Positions 17,201 to 25,692 of a DNA stretch of 28,388 bases are shown one piece after another; position 1 is the stretch's first letter, and every line of letters begins with the position of its first letter. The stretch spans positions 1 to 28,388 of the IMG/VR virus record IMGVR_UViG_3300009481_000070; one strand, given 5' to 3'. Source of the DNA: a virus (Duplodnaviria > Caudoviricetes). The position numbers and the translations under genes were made by a program. Under the pieces are notes generated by a model, which saw nothing but the letters and a program-made list of their open reading frames with translations, was not told the origin of the DNA and made no database searches.

Positions 17201-19655
17201 CCGCGTCTGTTTCGTTTTTTTCATCCCGCTTAAATCTTTTTGTGCTTGCATTAAGCGCTCTTCTCAACGCTTCTTGAGCCATTTCTTCGCTTGCAAATTC
17301 TGCATGAGATACAGAATGAGCAATAGCCAACTCTGCTCTTCTCGCCGCTTGGTTTATAAACTGGTTCATCTTGCGAATGTTTCCAATCCGTTGTCTTTTA
17401 GCCATGAACCCGGTCCAACCCAAAGGCCCACTGGGAGCAAACCAATGTCTAAGAGAAGCAAGAATCCCACCCACTGGATCTCCCTGCGTTTTTAAATCGG
17501 GATTGTCTTCTAACCGTATTTCTTTTACTTCAACTTTGTTTCTTTTATTTTGCTTTGCTTTTTCATAGTTATCAAAAAGACCGGAACCACCGGACACAGT
17601 ACCGTCTTCATTAAGTGTTACGTTTCTTCCTTCAAAATCAAAGTCGTCTTTTCTTATGTTACTTGTTCCTTTTGGCACAACTTCATGCAATTCCTTTCCA
17701 TTTACTGTATAAGTAATTTCCACAGCCGAACCACCCAATCCTGTGTGTTCAGCAACAAAGTCGTCCCAAGTTTGATCTAGTCCCCAGGTCTGAGACTTAA
17801 CATCGTTTTCGGTTACAGGTATGATGTTATACTTTTGGCTTGGCCCATCTTTTTCTATTTTTTTCTGATAACGCCCTTTTCCAAAAGGCAAAAGTTTTGT
17901 GCGCGTATAACCTTTGCCCTCATAATAATTTTCTTTTCTTCTTCCGTGTATGTTGAGGTGCACATCGTGATCCATAATCATTTGCACAATTTGTTCGTTC
18001 GTTGCCGCTTTCTTTCCTACCACCTCACCTTTCTTATTAAAAACTTCAGTAGAAGCTTTTAAACCGGGGCGAGCTTTAAGCATTCTAATTAAAGAAGGAC
18101 GCGTTAGTTTTAATAAATTTTTCTTTCTGTTTTGGTACTCCCAAGTTAAAGCCGACGCAAACAAAACAGAAGTAGAGTTTCCTTCTTCTATTCTTTTATC
18201 CATCACATACCGATCAAGAATTTGATTGATTAAAGAATCTACCGTTTGTTTTCTGGAAACATCAATAACGGGAATGTCTTTCTCTCCCTTTTTCGTTAAG
18301 GCAGAAGTTTCCGCTATAAGAATAAGTTCGTTGATGCCTTCTTCTGTTTTTGCAAGCTCTTCTAATTGTTTACGTAACGCACCCCTCTCTATGACTTCTT
18401 GTGGTGAAAGGTTTCCAAACTCTTCTATTAAATAAGTTTTCATAAGCGTAAACTGTTTTTGAGTAATTGCATCATCTGTGAGCAAATCAATTGCTTTTTT
18501 CTTTGTGTTCGCTTTTTCCATTCCTGGAATCTCTTTTCCTAATTCTTTGAGCTCTCTTAGCTTCATGTCTTTCCAACTTTGGCCTTGCAAATTGACTTCT
18601 TCTTGCACTTGTTGTTCCATATTCTCAATTGCTTCGGAAATTTCTTTTTCGTTTTGTAGAAGCTTGTTGGTCTTTCCTTGACTAATGTAACCGGACACGG
18701 CACCCATGCCGACACCACCTATGGCACCTAAAGTAAACGCGTTAAGTAAAGCACTTTGCAGCTGTCCTTCTTCGCTGGCCATTCCCGTTGCTGATTCCGC
18801 CATAAAATCTTCTATATATTCTTGAGTTGCTTCTGTGCCGCCTTCAAACAAAGAAGCTTTAAGTGCTTGGGCAACAGCTGCTTGGGCCACGCTTTTTTCT
18901 ACACCTTCGGAAATTAATTGATCTGTAATATCTTTAATAGAAGCTTTCTTTAAAATGACCGGCATTAAAGGTTTGAGGCCAAAAGCAACCGAGGCAACAT
19001 CGAGAGCACCGACCAATGCTCCGCCTTTGAACGCTGCACCAGGATCCTCAAAATCTTCCCCGGCTCTAGCTTTTATTTCACGGTCTACTTCACCGGTGCC
19101 CAATATAAAAGAAGGAAGGAAAGCACCCAAAGCACCTCCTACAATAGCTCCTGGAACGCCACCCGCTAATGCTCCCGCTTTACCTCCGGCGATTGCTGTT
19201 GGTAAAGAAACAGCAATGGAAGGAATAATTTGAGCAATGGCTTGTTTAATAAACGGACCAAGGTCCCCGATGTCTTCAAAGTCTTCAACTTGCATGGGCC
19301 TGCCGTACTTGGCAATTTGTCTTTCGTTAAAACGAACACCCTCATCACCTACTTGTATAAGCCTTTCTGATCCCGTTGCTTCACCCAATACACGTAGGCC
19401 CGCCCAACCACTTGCTTGCAGTTCGTCAATGGTTCTACCAAATATAGGGAAAAAGCCTTCGTCTCTTGGATCACCGGAAGGCAACGTTTCTTCAGGCATT
19501 TCTGTAATTGGGGTTATGCTTTGGTCATCATCAAAGTAAGTATCCCAAGCGCTGAAAGGATTTTCTTCTTTTTCTTTTTCTTCTGGAACAGGTTTTGTAG
19601 GATCAGTGCCTTCAAAGTAAGGGTCCCAAGCACTAAAAGGGTTTTCTTGAGCCAT
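14160..19655 (-). CDS. very large putative internal virion/DNA-ejection protein, 1831 aa
   Basis: Last gene of the virion operon; acidic N-terminus, Gly/Ala hydrophobic segments (AGGVPGAIVGGALG), and a helical C-terminal region with PFGNFIAFPTE and LPDW. Function inferred from position and composition. Confidence 0.7.
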   Translation of the reverse strand: MAQENPFSAWDPYFEGTDPTKPVPEEKEKEENPFSAWDTYFDDDQSITPITEMPEETLPSGDPRDEGFFPIFGRTIDELQASGWAGLRVLGEATGSERLIQVGDEGVRFNERQIAKYGRPMQVEDFEDIGDLGPFIKQAIAQIIPSIAVSLPTAIAGGKAGALAGGVPGAIVGGALGAFLPSFILGTGEVDREIKARAGEDFEDPGAAFKGGALVGALDVASVAFGLKPLMPVILKKASIKDITDQLISEGVEKSVAQAAVAQALKASLFEGGTEATQEYIEDFMAESATGMASEEGQLQSALLNAFTLGAIGGVGMGAVSGYISQGKTNKLLQNEKEISEAIENMEQQVQEEVNLQGQSWKDMKLRELKELGKEIPGMEKANTKKKAIDLLTDDAITQKQFTLMKTYLIEEFGNLSPQEVIERGALRKQLEELAKTEEGINELILIAETSALTKKGEKDIPVIDVSRKQTVDSLINQILDRYVMDKRIEEGNSTSVLFASALTWEYQNRKKNLLKLTRPSLIRMLKARPGLKASTEVFNKKGEVVGKKAATNEQIVQMIMDHDVHLNIHGRRKENYYEGKGYTRTKLLPFGKGRYQKKIEKDGPSQKYNIIPVTENDVKSQTWGLDQTWDDFVAEHTGLGGSAVEITYTVNGKELHEVVPKGTSNIRKDDFDFEGRNVTLNEDGTVSGGSGLFDNYEKAKQNKRNKVEVKEIRLEDNPDLKTQGDPVGGILASLRHWFAPSGPLGWTGFMAKRQRIGNIRKMNQFINQAARRAELAIAHSVSHAEFASEEMAQEALRRALNASTKRFKRDEKNETDADGNEIQGTSEKARIEQDIKETQERIKIIESTLSTIEILTEEDLASVEGPRKEAFIQLNKEEQNLLITRHILKGDLLEMQQMLNPEKFKLTPAEIANRTLPPSLREPFMEIRSFIDMMSERLLRELPKDLLKSEKRGQPLREVIQENLGSYMTRSYQIFEAGGFYDPTSWWQRNLPTKSGRELRKNIAAVEELLSRPIEEGGFGYSIEKAKQETAKIASGMVGQQPVEAFAGMRVLGRADQTERGETGFESLAKDVLLERQRIPKPVRALMGEVTNPLEAAAVTTARLSTLLENNRFWQTLAAINEQPGQRLFSPVPVSKEQLGGMPGWLGKDKGFYYQVNTEGYNPFNGMYTTRGVAEALGQMGGTQQMLTSGMNASLWKNLVLTPKAWTQLGKIVLSPPAQIRNFMSAAMFVLGNGHFLGIASNFPKAIKIIGHELFEGGVDAQGRPISAKQRAQRTYRRLQELGVLNTSVRLGDVLNTFRLAGSGMFQEPGDFTAVLWKPFNKAYRGAEQAYTAADDFWKIIAYYSELNTLEKTFQTEADYMQMIEWSKELGMQDTLNKNDFMAAREELAAFIVRQTVPNYDYVGNFADILRSGVAAPFGNFIAFPTEIVRTSANINALAFKELGSNNSRLQARGAARLTGYGLSAFGVGATAQAIGQALNDIDDEDLKAAKKFLPDWAKHNLLVPIDKKSEEDGGGFDYLDGSYILVYDDLAQIPFATMREYEEGREEGRGIVESASIAMRRSITEFMEPYTERSIFHQAALDVMQNRNNNTGKPIFNTARREALPFNGAAEEAATYLNYMWERTQPGIASAGAKVLRGQQAEEAAYDRFGSKQELGDAWLSFFGMKVNRVNPTASLSFALTDLLTQKREAKNIFNRVAYNRGAVTSEELESAWIEAQKANYFINQTIYNTFEAAKILNGNRDEIDTVKKERLTNKKERKNIVDEGLNVAIKPSDAIKKRFETRTEQLERSEGVPSVRFWDENAFDIIYDYFNDLPLSPDFDSQSVREDL
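19531..19648 (-). repeat. duplicated 37-bp unit encoding ENPFSAWDxYF
   Basis: Copies at 19612-19648 and 19531-19567. Confidence 0.8.
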
Positions 19656-19658
19656 GTC

Positions 19659-22550
19659 TTACCCCTTACCGCGTTTCCACATCTCTACAATTTCTTTGTC
19701 TGTGTAATAAACTTCTTTGTTTGGTTTTTTCTTAGAAACCATGTAGTTATAAAAATCAGGGAAAGAACCTGTCAAAGGTTGAGGTATGCCTTCAATCTGT
19801 ATGGTCTTTTCTCCTTGTAAACTAGGCGCATATCTTTGCATATCTTCCACCGAATAAGCAGAGAAAAGTTCTTTATAGTTTCCTTCAAGTAAAGCAGTAG
19901 TAATTTGAGCTTGAGGGCTTTTTTGTCCTAGGACCACGGTTCTATAAGTATCCAACTCTGACTCAAGTAAGGCTTTTGCGTCTGGATCTGTTTCACTTGT
20001 TATTCTTGCTTTAAGATCATTCATGGCGCTTATCAATTGTTGATTTACACCCGTGTTTGTTTGTGCAAGTTCTGCCTGCATTCTAATTTCATCTAACCTC
20101 ATTTCATGCTCTAATAACTTCATCGTTGTCTGCATCTTAAGATCAACACCTTGTTCTATAGCAAGCTCATTTAAACGACTGATCGCATCAAGTTGCCTAG
20201 CTTTAATATCTCTTGAAGCCGCAAGATTGTTTTCTCTTCTTGCTTCTTGCAATTCTTTTTCTAGTTTTCCTAATTCCATTTTAGTGTCGTCTACACCATT
20301 CCTCATTCTTATTTCTGCTTCTCTGGCCGCGTTTTGTTTTTGGAATATAGCTGTGCCCGGCGAACGTAATCCTATTAATCTTGCCAACTCAGGGATTCTT
20401 TTTTCGTAAGACGTTAAAGCGTTATTAATAGATGTATTGGCAGCATTAACAGCATCGGTCGATTTTTGAACTTCAATATCATAAACCTCGGTTAAATCTT
20501 TTGCTCTTTTTTTAACGTCTGTTTTTGCTGTATCAATCCCTGTCTCCATGGTTGCTCCAAGTTCTTTTATCATCTGCAACAAGTTGGCAGTTGAACTAGA
20601 AGGAGAAAGAGTTTCCGGTGAATCCACTGATGTTTCTTCTTCGTTGTTTTCTGAAGATTTCTGAAGATTGTCCCTAATTATCTTTTTTGCCCAAGCGGGA
20701 GTTTCGGTTCCACTGTTTATTGCTTCTGTGTACGCAGCAATAGCTTGGTCTAATTCTGGCCCTGTTTCGTTTCTTTTTTGTGCGGTGACTACAATTTCTT
20801 CAAGTTCAGGAGGCGGGGGTTTAAGCTTACCTTCGTCATCAAAAGTTCTGTTGTATTCTCTTAAAAGTTCTATGTTTTCTTTTATGTATCTTTTGTTCAA
20901 CTCGTCACTCATACGCTCAATACCTTCACCTGTTCGGGGTTGAGCAAAGGGAAGACTCTCTAGAAAAGTAGGTTTAGTGCTGCCCATAAAGTCTACTTCA
21001 CCCATAGCTCTTAAAAGATTGCTTCTGCGCGGATCGTCTCTTTCTTGTCGCATCTCCTCTAACACTTCCTGACTACTTAAGCTACGATACCTTTTCTTTT
21101 TTTCCGACTCTGTTTCTCTACCACCATAAAACTCACGCATTTTTAAAATTGTGGGCCCGTGTTTTTTAATCATCTCTGCTTCGGCTTGTTCTAAACTTAA
21201 ACCTGCGTCAATAAATTCTTGGTCAATCCAAGCCCATTCGGGAGGCAAAACCACGTCCCCATCTTGATACCCTGGAATAAGGCCTCCGTTTTTTGCCATA
21301 ACAATCGAATCTTTTTCCAAAGGAATTTCTTCATTTTGAGCAGGCATTTCAAACACAGAAACCAATTCTTGTTGATAAGGTTCAAGGTCTTGGCTGTTGA
21401 GTAAATCAGTGTTCAATGGAATCTCAGGGTATTTTTCTACGGTTTCTTGTTCTATGTTTTTAGCGGATCGAGCAAGGTTGTCCATACTTTCTTTAATAAT
21501 GAAAGAGGGATCTCTTCCCTGCGCTGCGTCCGCAGCCGCTGTGCTTTTTACTATGTCAAACTCTAAACGTAATTTTTCTTTGGCTTCTTGTTTCGCTGCT
21601 GCAACAATCGGGTTGTCTTCTTCTGCAAGTTCTTCTGCAAGTTCTTCTGCCTCTACAGCCATAGACACGATTCCACGTTCGTTTGGAGCACTTGGAACAC
21701 CACGAACAGCCGCTTCTGGAAGCGCCTCTGCCGAAAGACCACCGCCTTGAGCCGCCATTGCGTTTATGGTTGGATTGGTTTCTACAATCTCTTCGCCTTC
21801 AAACAACTTAGGCATTATGCCACCGTTCTCCAGTCCAACGATGCCCCCTGTTTTCATCTCAGGTGCGCTTCGTTGTGCTTCAATGGCTTTCATCAAATCT
21901 TGCATAACCTGTTCTTTAGGAACTTGGTGTCCGCCGGCAATGTTCTTAGCATACCAGTGAAGGTTCGACTCATAGTCTCTAAGTAAACGGGGACGATTTG
22001 GGTCGCTCGACGAAAAAAGACCCGCTATTTTTTCAATTGTTTTTTGATACTCGGTTTCTTTACCCAGTTGTTCTAGTCTTTCATCTGGTTTTTCTTGTTG
22101 TTTTGTATCTTCAATTAATTGCTTAATAAATGCTTTTCTATTTTTATCTTCAATTAATTGCTCAATTGTTTTTCCTTCTGTTCCTTCTCTTGCTTCTTTG
22201 CGTGAACGATCTAACATTGAAGCCATGTATAAAAATGGAGCAGATGAACCAGTAGCTACAGCAGCAAGTTCTCCGACTCCGCCGGGTTCAAAAGATTTTT
22301 TTAGCTTCTTAGACATTTTTCCAAGTTTACCAGCACCAGCTGCTATTCTAGCACCGGGTATTGGAGCCATTCCCAATCCAAGCAAAGCCACATCAGTCGG
22401 ATCAGTCGGATCGAACAACATTCCGCCTTTACCTATCAGGCTCCCATCTTGATACCCAGGAATACTCATGCCTTTAGGCATACCCACATAACCACCACCT
22501 ACCATCATGGTGGGGTTTTTAAATAAAGGTCTTTTGCTCCAGCCTGGCAT
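19659..22550 (-). CDS. putative internal virion protein with repeated GG motifs, 963 aa
   Basis: KRPLF N-terminus; MMVGGG, IPGYQDG (twice), MKTGGIV, LENGGIM and MAKNGGLI; coiled-coil C-terminus. Confidence 0.7.
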   Translation of the reverse strand: MPGWSKRPLFKNPTMMVGGGYVGMPKGMSIPGYQDGSLIGKGGMLFDPTDPTDVALLGLGMAPIPGARIAAGAGKLGKMSKKLKKSFEPGGVGELAAVATGSSAPFLYMASMLDRSRKEAREGTEGKTIEQLIEDKNRKAFIKQLIEDTKQQEKPDERLEQLGKETEYQKTIEKIAGLFSSSDPNRPRLLRDYESNLHWYAKNIAGGHQVPKEQVMQDLMKAIEAQRSAPEMKTGGIVGLENGGIMPKLFEGEEIVETNPTINAMAAQGGGLSAEALPEAAVRGVPSAPNERGIVSMAVEAEELAEELAEEDNPIVAAAKQEAKEKLRLEFDIVKSTAAADAAQGRDPSFIIKESMDNLARSAKNIEQETVEKYPEIPLNTDLLNSQDLEPYQQELVSVFEMPAQNEEIPLEKDSIVMAKNGGLIPGYQDGDVVLPPEWAWIDQEFIDAGLSLEQAEAEMIKKHGPTILKMREFYGGRETESEKKKRYRSLSSQEVLEEMRQERDDPRRSNLLRAMGEVDFMGSTKPTFLESLPFAQPRTGEGIERMSDELNKRYIKENIELLREYNRTFDDEGKLKPPPPELEEIVVTAQKRNETGPELDQAIAAYTEAINSGTETPAWAKKIIRDNLQKSSENNEEETSVDSPETLSPSSSTANLLQMIKELGATMETGIDTAKTDVKKRAKDLTEVYDIEVQKSTDAVNAANTSINNALTSYEKRIPELARLIGLRSPGTAIFQKQNAAREAEIRMRNGVDDTKMELGKLEKELQEARRENNLAASRDIKARQLDAISRLNELAIEQGVDLKMQTTMKLLEHEMRLDEIRMQAELAQTNTGVNQQLISAMNDLKARITSETDPDAKALLESELDTYRTVVLGQKSPQAQITTALLEGNYKELFSAYSVEDMQRYAPSLQGEKTIQIEGIPQPLTGSFPDFYNYMVSKKKPNKEVYYTDKEIVEMWKRGKG
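21618..21650. repeat. in-frame 12-bp tandem repeat (TTCTTCTGCAAG x2.75; AEEL repeats)
   Basis: Perfect tandem copies read directly from the sequence. Confidence 0.85.
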
Positions 22551-22552
22551 AC

Positions 22553-23506
22553 TTAAATCCCAAAGAAGTTAGAAAGAATTTCCGCCATGTTTGGAGGAGT
22601 TCCCTGTTGAGGGTTATACGTCGTTGTAATTCCTGTCCTTGGTCCTTGCGGGAACATTCCTTGTAACATTTGCGCAAGGAACTGCATTCTTTGGTAAGGC
22701 TCTTTGGCTAATTGAGAAGAAGCGTCGTATTGAGAACCGTACATTGCATCTTGTATACCTCTTCCAGTTTGCCCAAGACCCGACAGTGTTGCGATTTGAT
22801 TACGTAAAAGTTGTTGTCCTGTTTGTCCGAGGCCCATGATCCCCGATCCAAGTTGTCCGTACATACCGGCACCCTGCATACCCATTTGACCTGCTTGCTG
22901 CATTCTTTGTTGCTGGTCCATGAAAGCGTTTTGTGCTTGTTGTTGTGCTTGAGAATATCCTTGTGATCTCAATTGCCCGGCTGTGCCCGACATGCCTTTG
23001 CCCAATTGGTTAAATCGTTCTTGTGCCATCAGTCTTCCACGACCGCCGCCATAGGCTCCTGCGCCTACTGCACCAGATCTTGCTTGCATGTCTTGTTGTG
23101 CAAAGTTTTTATACACATCATCGAGACTTCTTTGTACCACTTGATCTTCATAAGGATTAAAGAAAGCTTGACCCATGCTTGGATCATACGCCTGTGCGCC
23201 CATGTACCCGGCTTGTGTCCCTTGGCCCAGGGCCCCGAGCCCTTGTCCGTATGCACCGCCTGCTTGTTGCAGATAAGGTTGAAATCCACCAAGTCCAGGA
23301 GTCAGTGCTCTTGCACCCATTTCAAACGGGTCAAGTCCTGCAACACCTCGTATTGGAACAGGCATTGGCTGCCTTGTTAGGTTCCACAAGTTATCAAGAT
23401 ACCCGCGTCGCATTTGTTCGACCCAAGGTGCTTCAAAACCTATGGTGCTTTCTGGACCATAGGTTCCTGTATATGTTGTAGTGCTGTTATCGTCTCCGTT
23501 TGACAT
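22553..23506 (-). CDS. Gln/Gly-rich putative DNA pilot/ejection protein, 317 aa
   Basis: Q/G/A-rich; FNPYEDQVV, GAYGGGR, LRSQGYSQAQ and PYQRMQF motifs of a kind seen in podovirus internal proteins. Confidence 0.7.
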   Translation of the reverse strand: MSNGDDNSTTTYTGTYGPESTIGFEAPWVEQMRRGYLDNLWNLTRQPMPVPIRGVAGLDPFEMGARALTPGLGGFQPYLQQAGGAYGQGLGALGQGTQAGYMGAQAYDPSMGQAFFNPYEDQVVQRSLDDVYKNFAQQDMQARSGAVGAGAYGGGRGRLMAQERFNQLGKGMSGTAGQLRSQGYSQAQQQAQNAFMDQQQRMQQAGQMGMQGAGMYGQLGSGIMGLGQTGQQLLRNQIATLSGLGQTGRGIQDAMYGSQYDASSQLAKEPYQRMQFLAQMLQGMFPQGPRTGITTTYNPQQGTPPNMAEILSNFFGI

Positions 23507-24678
23507 TATTCCATTCCCATTTGTTCAGCTTCTTTCATCAGTTTATAAAGTCTTTTTGCCCCAATGTTGTCGGTTGCTTTTTTGGTAAACACAAATTCGC
23601 CCGGCTCAAGAAAAGCAGGCGTGATGTCACCATAACTTTGTTGTATTCCCATAATACCACCATGTTTGCCTTTCTCAATATAAGGCATTCCCACAGTATG
23701 TGTGGCCGCGGGCATTGTTTGGCCCAGGTTCATGGCATATTTTTGTCCTTGTAAGTAGTTTGGACCAAGGCCTTGCAAGACCATGCTTTCTCGAGTGGGT
23801 AAACCCCACTGCTTTCCTATTTCACTTTGAGCAGCCATTTGACCCGTAGGTACTTCCATTTCTTTTGCTCTTTCTTTTGCATCTTTAAACAAAAACAATT
23901 GTTTTATCAACTCTTTCCAATCACCTGAACTTGCCGCGTCTCCTAGAGGTCCTTGGTTAAGTCCAAAAATACCCAATATATTACCTAAAGCTCCCGGCAA
24001 CCCTTCACCAATACCTTGATCGAATTGTCCTCCGGCTATTTGTCCAAGAAGTCCCCAGATTCCTGCTCTTTTATAGTCTCCTTCAAGACCTTCTTTACCG
24101 GACAAAATGTCAAAGATATCAGTAATCCCAAAACCGGAACCGGAACTGGAACTGGAACCAGGGGGAACAGAAAAACTTGTAGGACGCCACTCTATTTCTT
24201 CGTTGGTTACTTCTCCCGCTTCATTAACGGTTTGAGCGGTGTGGGCTTCGTATACATTTCCGTCCGCGGCTGTAAAAATATCTCCTTCGTTGGCTTCTTT
24301 TGGAAGACCATATTCATCCAACTGATTTTCAGAATAATCTACAACAGAGGACTGAACATAATTGTTTGTTGCCCCTGGTGGCACAGGCGTTGGCCCAGTT
24401 GTATTATTATTTCTATCTTTTACGTATTGATCTAAACCAGAACCTTGGCCGCCAGCAGTGGTTCCTGCCATCGAATAACCGCTTTCTTTTTTCCAAAGGT
24501 CTCCATACTGTATCCATTCTTGAGGGCCCATTGGACCATGGCCGAATTTGTCTTTGTACCACCCAGCAAATTTAATCGCATCCATAGGCGTCATAGTTAT
24601 AGGCATACCTAAACTTTCTACTGTTGGTAGATCAGAACTAAAAATGGAGTCGTCAAGAGCTCCAGCATACATATTCAT
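23506..24678 (-). CDS. putative virion protein with C-terminal GG...D.TPAFLEPGEFV domain, 390 aa
   Basis: KHGGIM...GDITPAFLEPGEFVFTKKA...G...LYKLMKEAE C-terminus; TAATG overlap with the next gene. Confidence 0.7.
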   Translation of the reverse strand: MNMYAGALDDSIFSSDLPTVESLGMPITMTPMDAIKFAGWYKDKFGHGPMGPQEWIQYGDLWKKESGYSMAGTTAGGQGSGLDQYVKDRNNNTTGPTPVPPGATNNYVQSSVVDYSENQLDEYGLPKEANEGDIFTAADGNVYEAHTAQTVNEAGEVTNEEIEWRPTSFSVPPGSSSSSGSGFGITDIFDILSGKEGLEGDYKRAGIWGLLGQIAGGQFDQGIGEGLPGALGNILGIFGLNQGPLGDAASSGDWKELIKQLFLFKDAKERAKEMEVPTGQMAAQSEIGKQWGLPTRESMVLQGLGPNYLQGQKYAMNLGQTMPAATHTVGMPYIEKGKHGGIMGIQQSYGDITPAFLEPGEFVFTKKATDNIGAKRLYKLMKEAEQMGME

Positions 24679-24679
24679 A

Positions 24680-25366
24680 CTATCCGCCGCCTCCGCCAGT
24701 TAGCCATGGTGGTAATCTTCTATTGCCCAATGGGTTGTTCTTAATAAATTTCGCCACTTCATCGGCCAATGCGCTTGGTGCAGGCGCACCCGCAAACGTT
24801 CCAATCTTTTCAAAATAAGACATAATTTCTTCTATAAAGTTTTTAGGCATTCCGAAACTGGTTGCAGCGCTTGGTATTGCATCTATACCAGCAGCCCTTA
24901 ATTCTTCTCCAGTGCCATATTCACTACCCATACCAAAGTTTTTATCATACCTATACTTTCTGTATTCTTCCGGTGTTCCATACATATCTTTCATTTCCAT
25001 TGCTTTAGCTGTTGCCTCTTCTGAAGACATGCCTTGAGCCATGTATGTTTGAGGGTTAATTAAACGAGCAATCTCATTCATGTCTGCCCTTGTTTGCTTT
25101 TCTTCTATGACCCCTACTTGCATTCTTCCACGCATTTTTGTGTTTCTACCGCCGGGCCTGTTTCTGGTGCCTCTTGCTCCCACAGGTGTCATTGCCGCAA
25201 TTCCGGCAATGCCTTTCATTCCACCGTATTTTCCTGCCACAGGTCCTCCGTTTTTGTACCCCGAAGCGTATGCTGCTTGGGCTTGCTTTTGTGCTCCGGC
25301 TTTCGTTGGATAAACCTTTCCAGACTTACCCCACTTGTAGCCTCCGCTTACTTTTTTGATAGGCAT
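24680..25366 (-). CDS. putative virion protein, 228 aa, with a basic N-terminal module followed by YKNGG
   Basis: Start reassigned to ATG 25366 (TAATG overlap with the upstream stop): MPIKKVSGGYKWGKSGKVY...YKNGGPV. Confidence 0.7.
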   Translation of the reverse strand: MPIKKVSGGYKWGKSGKVYPTKAGAQKQAQAAYASGYKNGGPVAGKYGGMKGIAGIAAMTPVGARGTRNRPGGRNTKMRGRMQVGVIEEKQTRADMNEIARLINPQTYMAQGMSSEEATAKAMEMKDMYGTPEEYRKYRYDKNFGMGSEYGTGEELRAAGIDAIPSAATSFGMPKNFIEEIMSYFEKIGTFAGAPAPSALADEVAKFIKNNPLGNRRLPPWLTGGGGG

Positions 25367-25692
25367 TATAGTATAGGAACCGTGGTTGCACCGTTTGTTG
25401 ATACGGTTAATTTTCCAAGCTGTCCTGCGGCTTTCACGCCTTTTCCGTCCGGCGCGTATAATGTTTGCCACTTGTATCCATCAAAAACTTGCAGGCTGTC
25501 TTCTGTCAAGTTCCAGATGATGTCTCCACGACTAAACAAATTTTGGTCGCGAGTAGTATTAGTATACTGATAAGTTGCTGTAGGATCAAAGCCTTGTAGG
25601 TTTAATTCTAAAATTCTTACCAATCTATTAAAAAGATCAGAGTCAACGTCTCCCATTGCTGTGGGCAAACGTGTATCAAGTAATCGTGCCAT
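25366..25692 (-). CDS. small tail-associated protein, 108 aa
   Basis: Start reassigned to ATG 25692 (TAATG overlap, AGGAG SD); RLP...GDIIWNLTEDSLQVFDG.KW resembles a tail beta-repeat unit. Confidence 0.7.
   Translation of the reverse strand: MARLLDTRLPTAMGDVDSDLFNRLVRILELNLQGFDPTATYQYTNTTRDQNLFSRGDIIWNLTEDSLQVFDGYKWQTLYAPDGKGVKAAGQLGKLTVSTNGATTVPIL

Noticed and set aside
22106-24159. Short in-frame repeats (QLIED x2, DPTDPTD, Ser/Gly run) as phase-variation or DGR elements
   Set aside because: Units are multiples of 3 in low-complexity protein regions; no reverse transcriptase or adenine-specific variation.
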